NCBI GenBank assembly: GCA_012521575.1
Contig: JAAYMD010000048.1
Span: 1 to 40,061, forward strand
Length of the DNA stretch: 40,061 nt
Direction: 5' to 3'
From: Mollicutes bacterium
Lineage (GTDB): Bacteria > Bacillota_I > Bacilli_A > RF39 > UBA660
The notes under the pieces were generated by a model that was not told the origin of the DNA, did no database searches, and saw only the letters and a program-made list of their open reading frames with translations. Below are positions 1-9,243 of this stretch, piece after piece. A program made the translations under genes and the position numbers. Each line of letters starts with the position of its first letter. The stretch's first letter is position 1.

Positions 1-2
1 AA

Positions 3-461
3 GAAATATATAAAAATGTTGATAATAGTTATATTATTACCATTATGCGAAGAATGATGTATCGAATAGCAGAAAAAGTGGCTAAAAAAAGAGGATGCAA
101 AGTAATAATTAATGGCGAAAGTATAGGACAAGTTGCTAGTCAAACTTTAGATAGTATGGTTGCAATAAATCATGTTACTAATATGCCAGTTATCAGACCA
201 GTTGCTTGTATGGATAAAATAGAAATTATCGATTTAGCACGTAAAATTAACACTTATGAAACAAGCATTTTGCCCTACGAAGATTGTTGTACGCTTTTTA
301 TTCCTAAACATCCAGTAATTAATCCTGTGCTTGAAAAATGTATAAATATGGAAAAGAATTTTGATTATGAATCGTTAATTGAAGAATGTATTAATGATAT
401 GGAGACTATTACTAATTTAAAAACAGATTTTAAATTAGATAATATTGATGATCTGTTATAG
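3..461 (+). CDS. thiI: tRNA 4-thiouridine synthase ThiI, C-terminal part (5' truncated by window edge)
   Basis: Frame is open from position 3; motifs GESIGQVASQTL, RPVACMDKxEII and PYEDCC; no rhodanese tail (Bacillota type); thiI-ssp adjacency as in Bacillus. Confidence 0.93.
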   Translation, partial: EIYKNVDNSYIITIMRRMMYRIAEKVAKKRGCKVIINGESIGQVASQTLDSMVAINHVTNMPVIRPVACMDKIEIIDLARKINTYETSILPYEDCCTLFIPKHPVINPVLEKCINMEKNFDYESLIEECINDMETITNLKTDFKLDNIDDLL

Positions 462-475
462 GAGAAAATTACCAT

Positions 476-504
476 GTATTTTTTCATCATCCGTACACAA
501 GGTA
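476..504 (+). promoter_or_regulatory. Putative sigma-G (forespore) promoter of first SASP gene
   Basis: GTATT(476-480)-N17-CAAGGTA(498-504) vs consensus GnATR-N17/18-CAtnnTA; upstream of RBS AGGAGG. Confidence 0.45.
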
Positions 505-527
505 ATAGTGTACAGGAGGTGAAATGT

Positions 528-752
528 ATGAATAATGCAAAACAAACTGGAAACACTAATCGTTTAGTTGTACCAGGAGCTAGACAAGCAATTGATCAAA
601 TGAAGTATGAAATTGCTAATGAATTTGGTGTTAATCTTGGACCAGATACAAGTGCACGTATGAATGGTTCTGTTGGTGGTGAAATTACTAAGAGATTAGT
701 TCAAAGAGGACAACAAAACATCAGTAATTCAGCAAATTTTCAAACAAAATAA
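528..752 (+). CDS. alpha/beta-type small acid-soluble spore protein (copy 1)
   Basis: [40 protein letters not shown]; GPR cleavage motif EIAxEF; start moved to ATG 528 behind AGGAGGTG. Confidence 0.95.
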   Translation: MNNAKQTGNTNRLVVPGARQAIDQMKYEIANEFGVNLGPDTSARMNGSVGGEITKRLVQRGQQNISNSANFQTK

Positions 753-760
753 ATAAAAAT

Positions 761-785
761 GGACAGATAAACACTGTCTTTTTTC
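761..785 (+). terminator. Intrinsic terminator after SASP1
   Basis: GGACAG-loop-CTGTCT followed by T-run. Confidence 0.7.
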
Positions 786-881
786 ATAAAAAAACTTATT
801 TTTATTGCCATAACTTACCGATGTAAAAATTACATTATTTATGACAATTTGTACAATCTATTAGTAAAGGTGGTGAGAAGC

Positions 882-1100
882 ATGAATAATACAAATGTAA
901 GTTCAAGAAACACAAATAAATTAGTCGTGCCGGGTGCAAAACAAGCACTTGAGCAAATGAAATACGAAATAGCACGTGAATTTGGTGTTAGTCTTGGACC
1001 AGATACAAGCGCTCGTTTAAATGGTTCTGTTGGTGGCGAAATTACAAAAAGATTAGTTCAATTAGGCCAACAACAAATTTCAAATAGCCAAACTCAATAA
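882..1100 (+). CDS. alpha/beta-type small acid-soluble spore protein (copy 2)
   Basis: Same SASP motifs ([19 protein letters not shown]); start ATG 882 behind AAGGTGGTG. Confidence 0.95.
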   Translation: MNNTNVSSRNTNKLVVPGAKQALEQMKYEIAREFGVSLGPDTSARLNGSVGGEITKRLVQLGQQQISNSQTQ

Positions 1101-1110
1101 TAAAAATTGA

Positions 1111-1141
1111 AAGTTAAGTTGGTTTTCCAACTTAGCTTTTT
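1111..1141 (+). terminator. Intrinsic terminator after SASP2
   Basis: AAGTTAAGTTGG-TTTT-CCAACTTAGCTT stem plus T-run. Confidence 0.8.
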
Positions 1142-1267
1142 GTTTTAAATAACATATATAAATCATGTAAAAATGATTTTAGATAAAAGTAGATAAACGA
1201 AATGAAATAACTTCTATATTATTTTTCATTAGTGCACAAAAAAAAGATGAAGAGGAAAAATTTTTAA

Positions 1268-1849
1268 TTACTCTTCATTTTCTAAAATTTTATCAATAAT
1301 ACCATATTCTAAAGATTCTTTGGCATTCATAAAATTGTCACGTTCAGTATCCATCTCAACCTTTTTTAATTCTTGACCGGTATTTTTAGCAAGCATAATA
1401 TTTAATTTATTTTTTAATTTTAATATGCGTTCAGCAGCAATTTTAATATCAGTTGCTTGACCTTGAACTCCTCCTAAGGGTTGATGGATCATTATTTCTG
1501 AGTTAGGAAGGGCGTATCGTTTCCCTGGAGTACCACTAGAAAGTAGTAGAGCTGCCATGCTTGCTGCAATACCAACACAAATAGTTGAAACATCACTTTT
1601 GATATGATTCATAGTATCATAAATGGCAAGACCACCATTAACACTTCCTCCTGGGGAATTGATATATAAACTAATATCATCATTATTTATTGAATCTAAG
1701 TATAAAAGTTGAGCAACAATAGTATTAGAATTAACATCGGTAATTTCACCTGATAAAATGATGATTCGATCTTTTAATAATCGTGAATAAATATCATATG
1801 CTCGTTCTCCGTTATTTGTTTTTTCAATCACTGTCGGAATTAGGCCCAA
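1268..1849 (-). CDS. clpP: ATP-dependent Clp protease proteolytic subunit
   Basis: [15 protein letters not shown], catalytic AASMA / MIHQP / ERDNF; TTG start behind GGAG. Confidence 0.97.
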   Translation of the reverse strand: MGLIPTVIEKTNNGERAYDIYSRLLKDRIIILSGEITDVNSNTIVAQLLYLDSINNDDISLYINSPGGSVNGGLAIYDTMNHIKSDVSTICVGIAASMAALLLSSGTPGKRYALPNSEIMIHQPLGGVQGQATDIKIAAERILKLKNKLNIMLAKNTGQELKKVEMDTERDNFMNAKESLEYGIIDKILENEE

Positions 1850-1906
1850 AATATCATCTCCTAATATTATAATAAGTGTAAACTATAAAAATATGTATTA
1901 AAAAAT

Positions 1907-1935
1907 GTGACAAAAACTTGTTTATTTGGTAAAAT
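1907..1935 (+). promoter_or_regulatory. Putative sigma-A promoter for nucleoside kinase-gap
   Basis: GTGACA-N17-TAAAAT with extended -10 TG. Confidence 0.5.
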
Positions 1936-1964
1936 ATAATTATAAAAGAATAGAGGGATGATAT

Positions 1965-3632
1965 ATGGATAAAACAGTTGTAGTAAATTTTCGTAATATG
2001 ATTTCTAAATCATTTCCGATTGGAACTACTTTATATGAAGTAAGCAAAAGTTTTCAAAAACATTTTAATTATCCTATTTTAGTTGCACGTGTTAATAACG
2101 ATATTATGGATTTAAGTGAAAAATTAACCCAAAATTGTAATATTGATTTTTATGATCGAAGTAGTACCATAGGTAATGGTGTTTATGCTAGAAGCCTTTA
2201 TTTTATGCTCGTTTTAGCTGTCAAAAAAATTTTAGGAAATAATGCTGATGTAATTATTGAACATTCAATTGATAAAGGCGTTTATTGTGAAATAACAGGA
2301 GAGGATATTGATAAACCAATTATTGAAAAAATTGAAAATAAAATGCATGAAATTGTGCAGGAGGGACATTTATTTACTAAAATAAATGTTTCTAGATACG
2401 ATACAATTAGATATTTTAAAAAAATAAAAAGAATGGATAAAGTTAATGCTTTGAAGTATATTAGTAATAGTTACATCAATTTGTATCGTCTAGATAATTT
2501 ATATGATTATTTTTATAGTGAAATGGCTTATAGTACTAAAGACATTAATGATTTTAAATTAACATATATTAAAAATAATGTTTTTGTGTTAAGTTATCCT
2601 GATATTTATAATCCCGAATGTACATTAGATTATGTACATCATAAAAAGTTGTTTGATGCTTTTTTAGATTATACAAAATGGGGGCGTGTTTTAAACATTT
2701 CAACTGCAGCTGATTTGAATAAAGCAGTTTCAACGGGAAAATATGATGATTTAATTAGATTAGCTGAAGCATATTTTAACAGCCAATTAACTAGAGTAGC
2801 TGATGAAATCGCGTCACGTCGAAAAGATATAAAAATTGTTTTAATTGCGGGACCAACATCAAGTGGGAAAACCACAACTTCTAAAAAATTAGAAATTTAT
2901 TTGCAAAGTCATGGTTTAAAAACGCATCAAATTTCATTAGATAATTATTTTTTAAATCGTGAGGACACCCCTAAAGATAAAAATGGTAATTATGATTTTG
3001 AATCAATTCGTGCAATTGATTTGGAGCTTTTTAATCAACATTTAGTTAAATTATTAAATAACGAAAAAGTTCTATTACCAGAATTTAATTTTGTAACTGG
3101 TAAACGTGAATATAAAAATAATTGGTTACAATTAGGGGAAAATGACATTATTATTATTGAAGGTTTACATGCCCTAAATGAGGAGTTAACAATGTCGATT
3201 GAAAGAAAACACAAATATCATATTTATATAAGTCCTCTTACTCAATTAAACATTGATATTCATAATCGTATTCATACAAGTGATACGAGAAAATTAAGAA
3301 GAATTGTTCGCGATAATAAGTATCGTGGTTATAGTGTTTCTGATACATTAAAAATGTGGGATAAAATTAGAGATTCTGAAGAAAAACATATTTTCAAATA
3401 TCAAGATTTAGCAGATGTCATCATTAATTCTGCTTTAGTATATGAATTAGGAGTATTAAAAACTTATGTGGAACCACTTCTATTTTCAGTAGATGAAGAT
3501 GATGAGGTTTATCCTGAAGCAATAAGGTTAATTAATTTTTTGAGAAGTTTTTTACCAATACCAAGCGATAATGTGCCAAACGATTCAATTTTAAGAGAGT
3601 TTATAGGTGGCAGTTGTTTTTATGAAAAATAA
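1965..3632 (+). CDS. Uridine/nucleoside kinase family protein with N-terminal ThrRS-like (TGS/editing-like) region
   Basis: P-loop AGPTSSGKTT, SLDNYF, IIEGLHALN, REFIGGS; N-terminus with ARVNN and YARSL.F resembles the ThrRS N-domain. Confidence 0.8.
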   Translation: MDKTVVVNFRNMISKSFPIGTTLYEVSKSFQKHFNYPILVARVNNDIMDLSEKLTQNCNIDFYDRSSTIGNGVYARSLYFMLVLAVKKILGNNADVIIEHSIDKGVYCEITGEDIDKPIIEKIENKMHEIVQEGHLFTKINVSRYDTIRYFKKIKRMDKVNALKYISNSYINLYRLDNLYDYFYSEMAYSTKDINDFKLTYIKNNVFVLSYPDIYNPECTLDYVHHKKLFDAFLDYTKWGRVLNISTAADLNKAVSTGKYDDLIRLAEAYFNSQLTRVADEIASRRKDIKIVLIAGPTSSGKTTTSKKLEIYLQSHGLKTHQISLDNYFLNREDTPKDKNGNYDFESIRAIDLELFNQHLVKLLNNEKVLLPEFNFVTGKREYKNNWLQLGENDIIIIEGLHALNEELTMSIERKHKYHIYISPLTQLNIDIHNRIHTSDTRKLRRIVRDNKYRGYSVSDTLKMWDKIRDSEEKHIFKYQDLADVIINSALVYELGVLKTYVEPLLFSVDEDDEVYPEAIRLINFLRSFLPIPSDNVPNDSILREFIGGSCFYEK

Positions 3633-3649
3633 GAAAGAGGGGATGATAC

Positions 3650-4663
3650 ATGAAGAAAGTTGCAATTAATGGTTTTGGAAGGATTGGAAGATTAATTTTT
3701 CGTTTGCTACAAGGTGATGAAAATTTAGAAGTTGTTGCTATTAATGATTTAACTGATGCTGAACAACTAGCTTACCTATTAAAATACGATACTAGTCATA
3801 GAAACTATATGCCTGATAAAATAAGTTATGACAATGACTACATTATTGTAGATGGTAAAAAAATAAAAATATTTTCAGAAAAAGATCCGAAAAATTTACC
3901 ATGGCAAGAGCTTGATATTGATTTAGTATTTGAATGTACAGGAATATTTAGAAGTAAAGAAAAAGCTATGGCCCATATCGAAGCGGGTGCTAAAAAAGTG
4001 ATTATTTCTGCACCAGCAAAAGGGAATGAAAAGGTAAAAACAATTGTTTATAATGTTAATCATGATATATTAGATGGTAGTGAAGAAGTAATAAGTGCGG
4101 CAAGTTGTACAACTAACTGCTTAGCACCAGTTGTCAATTTGTTAGATAAACATTTTGGAGTAAAAAAAGGATATATGACAACTGTTCACGCTTATACTAA
4201 TGATCAATCAATACTAGATCTTCCACATAAAAAAGGCGCAAATTCAAGGCGTGGGAGAGCTGCAGCGGCTAACATTATTCCATCATCAACGGGTGCTGCA
4301 AGTGCAATTGGGTTAGTTATACCAAAATTAAATGGAAAATTAGATGGAACTGCTCTTCGTGTTCCAACTACTACTGGGTCAATTGTTGATTTAACCGTTG
4401 AATTAGAAAAAAAAGTAAGTGTTGAAGAAGTAAATGAAATGTTTAAAGAGAATCAAAATGAAACAATTGCTTTTACCATGGATCCAATTGTATCAAGTGA
4501 TATTATTGGCTCGCATTTAGGTGCTCTTGTTGATGGTCAATTAACAAATGTGCTTGATGTTGATGGAAAACAATTGGTAAAAGTAATGGCTTGGTATGAT
4601 AATGAGATGGGTTATAGTGCTCAAATGGTTAGAGTTGCTAAACATTTATTAAGTTTAAAATAG
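3650..4663 (+). CDS. gap: Type I glyceraldehyde-3-phosphate dehydrogenase
   Basis: AINGFGRIGR, catalytic ASCTTNC, WYDNE. Confidence 0.98.
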   Translation: MKKVAINGFGRIGRLIFRLLQGDENLEVVAINDLTDAEQLAYLLKYDTSHRNYMPDKISYDNDYIIVDGKKIKIFSEKDPKNLPWQELDIDLVFECTGIFRSKEKAMAHIEAGAKKVIISAPAKGNEKVKTIVYNVNHDILDGSEEVISAASCTTNCLAPVVNLLDKHFGVKKGYMTTVHAYTNDQSILDLPHKKGANSRRGRAAAANIIPSSTGAASAIGLVIPKLNGKLDGTALRVPTTTGSIVDLTVELEKKVSVEEVNEMFKENQNETIAFTMDPIVSSDIIGSHLGALVDGQLTNVLDVDGKQLVKVMAWYDNEMGYSAQMVRVAKHLLSLK

Positions 4664-4687
4664 ATTGGAATTATCCAATCTTTTTTT
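4663..4687 (+). terminator. Intrinsic terminator after gap
   Basis: GATTGGA-ATTA-TCCAATC plus T7. Confidence 0.8.
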
Positions 4688-4692
4688 AATAC

Positions 4693-4721
4693 TTGAATAT
4701 TATAACAAAACAAGATAAAAT
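4693..4721 (+). promoter_or_regulatory. Putative sigma-A promoter for pilin-pgk-GT4-tpiA
   Basis: TTGAAT-N17-TAAAAT. Confidence 0.55.
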
Positions 4722-4745
4722 AATAATTAGAAGATAGGTGGTTTA

Positions 4746-5801
4746 ATGAAGGAAAAAAAAGCGTTTACATTAGTTGAATTGCTTGGAGTAATAGTTATTT
4801 TAGGATTAATAGCAATAGCTACTTTTCCTAATATTATTACTTTATTAAAAAAATATGGAGAAAAAGATTATGAAAGATTTGTGAAAGATCTGCAACTTGT
4901 TACTGAAAGTTATGTTAATGATAACATTGATAAATTAAATTTAAAAGAACCTGGTGATGTAGAATTTATAGAATTAGGGGATTTGGTAAACGCTGGGTAT
5001 CTAAGTAAAAAAAAGATTAATCCAAAAACGGAAAAAGAAATTGAATTAAACACGACAATGATGGTAACAGTTTTAAATGATAAAACAAGAAATTATGAGT
5101 ATACAGGTGTAGTTAATGGTATTCAAAATTATCGAATTAATAATTTAAAAGTTATGTATGATGGATATAATAAATTAAAAGAAAATAATGGTCAAATTAT
5201 TTGGGAAGATGTAATGGGTAATATTGCTGGTGTTTTAATAAATGGAGCCGGTGTTGAAGATTGGTATGACAATCGAATTAAGTTATATGATATAGCTAAT
5301 TATATTCAAATTCCAGGATCATCTTCGTTAATTCCGTATGATTCAGATGTTACTATTGAAATTGTTTATGAAATACCTTCTGAAGGACAAGATTTAACAT
5401 TTAGGAATCAAGGTTTGGGACTTTATTATTTTGATTTGTATACTGATGGTTTAATTCTTTCAATGGTTAGAAATAGTACTGATACAGCCAATTATTGGCC
5501 AGCTGCTACTAGTTTGGCTATGCGTCAAATTAATAAAGTTCATACATTAGCAGTTACAATGAAAAAAAATGAAGATTTAATTAATTTTAATTATTATGGA
5601 GATGGTAAAGCTCTACAAATGAGTAGTGCCACCGGTTTAAAATATAATAATGATGATTTTACTATTGGAAAAGACTATACAACTGAAGCATCGGTTGTTA
5701 ATATATATGGCTTTAGGTTATATGATGCTGCGCTTACCGAAGAAGAGATTGCTAAAAATCATGAAATCGATATAAATAGATATAGTTGGAGGGGAAAATA
5801 A
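4746..5801 (+). CDS. Prepilin-type N-terminal cleavage/methylation protein with C-terminal LamG/ConA-like domain
   Basis: KKA|FTLVELLGVIVILGLI class III signal peptide; C-terminal IYGFRLYDAALTEEEIAKN is typical of LamG-like jelly rolls. Confidence 0.8.
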   Translation: MKEKKAFTLVELLGVIVILGLIAIATFPNIITLLKKYGEKDYERFVKDLQLVTESYVNDNIDKLNLKEPGDVEFIELGDLVNAGYLSKKKINPKTEKEIELNTTMMVTVLNDKTRNYEYTGVVNGIQNYRINNLKVMYDGYNKLKENNGQIIWEDVMGNIAGVLINGAGVEDWYDNRIKLYDIANYIQIPGSSSLIPYDSDVTIEIVYEIPSEGQDLTFRNQGLGLYYFDLYTDGLILSMVRNSTDTANYWPAATSLAMRQINKVHTLAVTMKKNEDLINFNYYGDGKALQMSSATGLKYNNDDFTIGKDYTTEASVVNIYGFRLYDAALTEEEIAKNHEIDINRYSWRGK

Positions 5802-5804
5802 AAA

Positions 5805-6989
5805 ATGAAAAAGACAATAAAAGATTATGATTTAAAAGGGAAAAGAGTTATTATTAGATGTGATTTTAATGTACCAATTAAAGATGGAGTTATAACTGAT
5901 GATAATAGAATAATTGCAAGTTTAAAAACAATTAATTATGCCCTTGATAATGGCGCTAAAGTTATTTTGATGTCACATTTAGGCAGGATTAAAAGTGAAG
6001 AAGATAAAATGAAAAACTCATTGAAAGTAGTAGCAGATCGACTAAGTGAATTTTTAAATAAAGAAGTTATTTTTATTCCGGAAACAAGAGGAAGTAAGTT
6101 AGAAAATGCAGTTAAAAATTTAAAAGAAGGAGAAGTAATTTTAATTGAAAATACCAGATTTGAAGATTTTCCGCAAAAGCGTGAAAGTGGAAATGATCCA
6201 AAACTGGCCAAATATTGGGCCAATTTAGGGGATATTTTTATCAATGATGCTTTTGGAACTTCGCATCGCATGCACGCATCTAATGTGGGAATAGGTAGAC
6301 TTCTACCAAATGGTGTTGGATTTTTAGTAGAAAAAGAAATAAAAATGATAGGAGAAGTAATTAAAAATCCTAATCGTCCATTTATAGTTATTTTAGGTGG
6401 TGCCAAAGTTAGTGATAAAATAGGGGTTATTAAAAATTTAGTTAATATTGCTGATTATATTTTAATTGGTGGAGGAATGGCATATACTTTTTTGTGCGCT
6501 AAAGGTTTGGAAGTTGGAAGATCTATTGTAGATAAAGATAGTATTGATTTTTGTAAGGAAATTATGGAAAAATATAGCGAAAAAATAATTTTACCTGTTG
6601 ATGTTGTTTGTGGAAAAGAAATCGATGAAAATACGCAAACTACTCTTCGTTTAGTAGAAGAAATCGAAAATTCAGAAATGGGATTAGATATTGGACCAAA
6701 AACAGTTGAGTTATTTAAAAAATATTTAGAAAATTGCAAAACTGTTGTTTGGAATGGGCCGGTAGGAGTTTTTGAAATTGAAAAATTTAGTCACGGAACA
6801 AAAGCTCTTGCTGATATTTTAGCAAATCAAAATATAACAACAATTATTGGTGGTGGAGATACTGCTGCAGCTGTAATTCAAATGGGTTATAAAGATTCAT
6901 ATACTCATATTTCAACTGGTGGCGGAGCTTCGCTTGAAATGTTAGAAGGAAAAATTTTGCCAGGGATAGATGTTATTAACGAAAGATAG
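5805..6989 (+). CDS. pgk: Phosphoglycerate kinase
   Basis: RCDFNVP, SHLGR, LGGAKVSDK, STGGGASLE. Confidence 0.98.
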   Translation: MKKTIKDYDLKGKRVIIRCDFNVPIKDGVITDDNRIIASLKTINYALDNGAKVILMSHLGRIKSEEDKMKNSLKVVADRLSEFLNKEVIFIPETRGSKLENAVKNLKEGEVILIENTRFEDFPQKRESGNDPKLAKYWANLGDIFINDAFGTSHRMHASNVGIGRLLPNGVGFLVEKEIKMIGEVIKNPNRPFIVILGGAKVSDKIGVIKNLVNIADYILIGGGMAYTFLCAKGLEVGRSIVDKDSIDFCKEIMEKYSEKIILPVDVVCGKEIDENTQTTLRLVEEIENSEMGLDIGPKTVELFKKYLENCKTVVWNGPVGVFEIEKFSHGTKALADILANQNITTIIGGGDTAAAVIQMGYKDSYTHISTGGGASLEMLEGKILPGIDVINER

Positions 6990-6999
6990 GAAATGACAA

Positions 7000-8241
7000 A
7001 TGAGAATAGGAATGTTTACTGATACTTATCCTCCGTTTATTAATGGGGTATCTACCAGTATTGTAGTTTTAAAAAAAGCTTTAGAGAAAAAAGGTCATGA
7101 GGTTTTTATTGTAACTGTTAATAATGAAAAAATTGGGTATGATTTATCCGATAAAAAAATTATTAGAATTCCTGGCATCCCAGTTGGTATTTATGATTAT
7201 CGATTATCAGGAATATACCCAATTAAAGTTATTAAAAAAATCAAAAAGCTTAATTTAGATGTTATTCATTCTCATACTGAATTTGGTGTTGGAACTTTTG
7301 CCCGACTTATATCCAAACAATACGATATACCTTTAGTACACACTTATCATACGATGTATGAAGATTATATTTCATCTGTAACTAAAGGATATCTTGACTG
7401 GCCAAGCAAACCAATAATTGCAGAATTAACTAAATTTTATTGCGATAAAACATCTTCTGAATTAATTGTTCCAACGAAAAAAACATATGATTTATTTAAG
7501 AAAAAATATAAAGTAGATCGTGATGTGCACATAATACCTAGTGGTATTGAAATAGAAAAATATTTTCGAGAAAATTATAATAAAGAAGATATTGAAGCTT
7601 TAAGAAAAAAAATGGGAATTAATAAAGAGGATTTTGTTATTTTATATGTTGGACGTTTAGGACAAGAAAAAAATGTAGAGTTTTTAATTGATGCCCATGT
7701 CGCGCTTGCAAGACAATATCATAATTGTAAATTATTAATTATTGGGGATGGACCGTTAATGGAAAAATTACAAAAAAAGGTTAGGTGCTATCGAATTGAA
7801 GAGTCTGTTATTTTTGGAGGAAAAGTTCCTTATGAAGAAGTAGGAATTTATTACCAGTTAGCTTCGGTTTTTGCAACGGCCTCAACTGCCGAAACGCAAG
7901 GATTAACAGTTATTGAAGCGCTTGCTGCATCGCTTCCAATAATTGTTATTAATGATGAAAGTTATGAAAGTGCTGTAGAAAATGAATATAATGGTTTTGT
8001 TTTTAAAAATAAAAGAGAATATCACAAACGAATTAAATTCTTAATGCAAAATCCTGATATTTTAAAAATAATGAAAGTTAATGCGCGAAACAGCTCCTTT
8101 AAACATTCCGCTGATTATTATGCTGATAGAGTGTTAGAAGTATATAAAATAGCTGTTGGAGATCGAAAAGTTAATGAAAAGAAAACTTATTTTAGTCGAT
8201 TGAAAAAGGTGGTGAGTGATAGTTGGAAAATAAAAAAATAG
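7000..8241 (+). CDS. Family 4 glycosyltransferase, probably 1,2-diacylglycerol 3-alpha-glucosyltransferase-like
   Basis: MRIGMFTDTY.P..NGVSTS, HTYHTMY, VGRL..EKN, ETQGLTVIEA (EX7E). Confidence 0.85.
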   Translation: MRIGMFTDTYPPFINGVSTSIVVLKKALEKKGHEVFIVTVNNEKIGYDLSDKKIIRIPGIPVGIYDYRLSGIYPIKVIKKIKKLNLDVIHSHTEFGVGTFARLISKQYDIPLVHTYHTMYEDYISSVTKGYLDWPSKPIIAELTKFYCDKTSSELIVPTKKTYDLFKKKYKVDRDVHIIPSGIEIEKYFRENYNKEDIEALRKKMGINKEDFVILYVGRLGQEKNVEFLIDAHVALARQYHNCKLLIIGDGPLMEKLQKKVRCYRIEESVIFGGKVPYEEVGIYYQLASVFATASTAETQGLTVIEALAASLPIIVINDESYESAVENEYNGFVFKNKREYHKRIKFLMQNPDILKIMKVNARNSSFKHSADYYADRVLEVYKIAVGDRKVNEKKTYFSRLKKVVSDSWKIKK

Positions 8242-8957
8242 TTGTTGGTAATTTAAAATCAACGATGAATATAGAAGATGTAAGCAAATATTTACAGGTA
8301 ATAAATAAAGAAATTGCTAGCAAAGAAGTTATTATTTGTCCATCTAGTATTTATATTCCTTATTTTTTAAAGAAAAATTATCAAGTGGGTCTACAAAATA
8401 TTTTTTTAGATGAAGGGGGTCCATATACTGGTGAAATAACACCCACACAAGCTGTTAGTCTAGAAATAAGATATGCAATTGTAGGCCATAGTGAAAGAAG
8501 AATTCACTTAAATGAAACAGATGAAATAATTAATAAAAAAATAGTTGCAGCAATAAACAAAAATATGTATGTCATTTTATGTATTGGTGAAACTTTAGAA
8601 GAAAAAGAAATGCTTAGAACAGATATGGTAATTAGAAGACAGCTTGTTAATGCTTTAAATGGACTTTCAATAGATATGCTTTATAATGTTATTATTGCCT
8701 ATGAACCAGTTTGGGCGATTGGTACAAATAATATTCCAAGTATTAAAGAAATTGAAAAGACGGTTGAATATATAAAAAATGTTGTAAAGCAAATAAGTGG
8801 TTATGAAGATATTAAAGTCTTATACGGTGGAAGTGTTAATGAACATAATGTTAAAGAATTAAATAAAATAAATAATATTTCAGGATTTTTGGTTGGTGGT
8901 GCATCTACCAAAGCAGATAGTTTTTTAAAAATAATTGATGAAGTCATTCAAAAGTAA
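8223..8957 (+). CDS. tpiA: Triosephosphate isomerase
   Basis: GN(L)K, GHSERR, AYEPVWAIGT, YGGSV, LVGGAS; TTG start behind AGGTGGTG. Confidence 0.96.
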   Translation: MENKKIVVGNLKSTMNIEDVSKYLQVINKEIASKEVIICPSSIYIPYFLKKNYQVGLQNIFLDEGGPYTGEITPTQAVSLEIRYAIVGHSERRIHLNETDEIINKKIVAAINKNMYVILCIGETLEEKEMLRTDMVIRRQLVNALNGLSIDMLYNVIIAYEPVWAIGTNNIPSIKEIEKTVEYIKNVVKQISGYEDIKVLYGGSVNEHNVKELNKINNISGFLVGGASTKADSFLKIIDEVIQK

Positions 8958-8968
8958 TGACTTTTTTT
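8941..8968 (+). terminator. Intrinsic terminator after tpiA
   Basis: AAGTCATT-loop-AATGACTT plus T-run. Confidence 0.75.
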
Positions 8969-9243
8969 GCTTTTTATGATTTTTTTTAAATATTTAATAC
9001 CTAGTTAAAAACACAAAATTTATATTTTTTTAATTTTAGGTAAAATAAATTTTAAAATGCAAAGATTTTTTTAAAATGATTTATAGAATAAATTATAGAT
9101 TTCAATAAATTCATTATTATAATTGTCATATTAGATAATAAGTATAAATTAGAAATATATGATTATATTAAAATTAGGGATTGAAATGTATGAAAAATGC
9201 ATATTTTTATAATAACATAATGCAAAATATTTTGATTATCACG

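Noticed and set aside
621-1061. SASP near-repeats as a DGR TR/VR pair
   Set aside because: Both copies are coding, and mismatches are mostly synonymous and not adenine-specific
5400-5801. VR in the first pilin (LamG) gene
   Set aside because: No adenine depletion and no RGG...FR signature
5936-6739. Antisense ORFs in pgk, and similar ones in the kinase, dusB, dacB, spmA, rluB, hydrolase, ABC, hrcA, dnaK, pepF, dnaJ and frr genes
   Set aside because: Fully nested in well-supported genes; typical shadow frames
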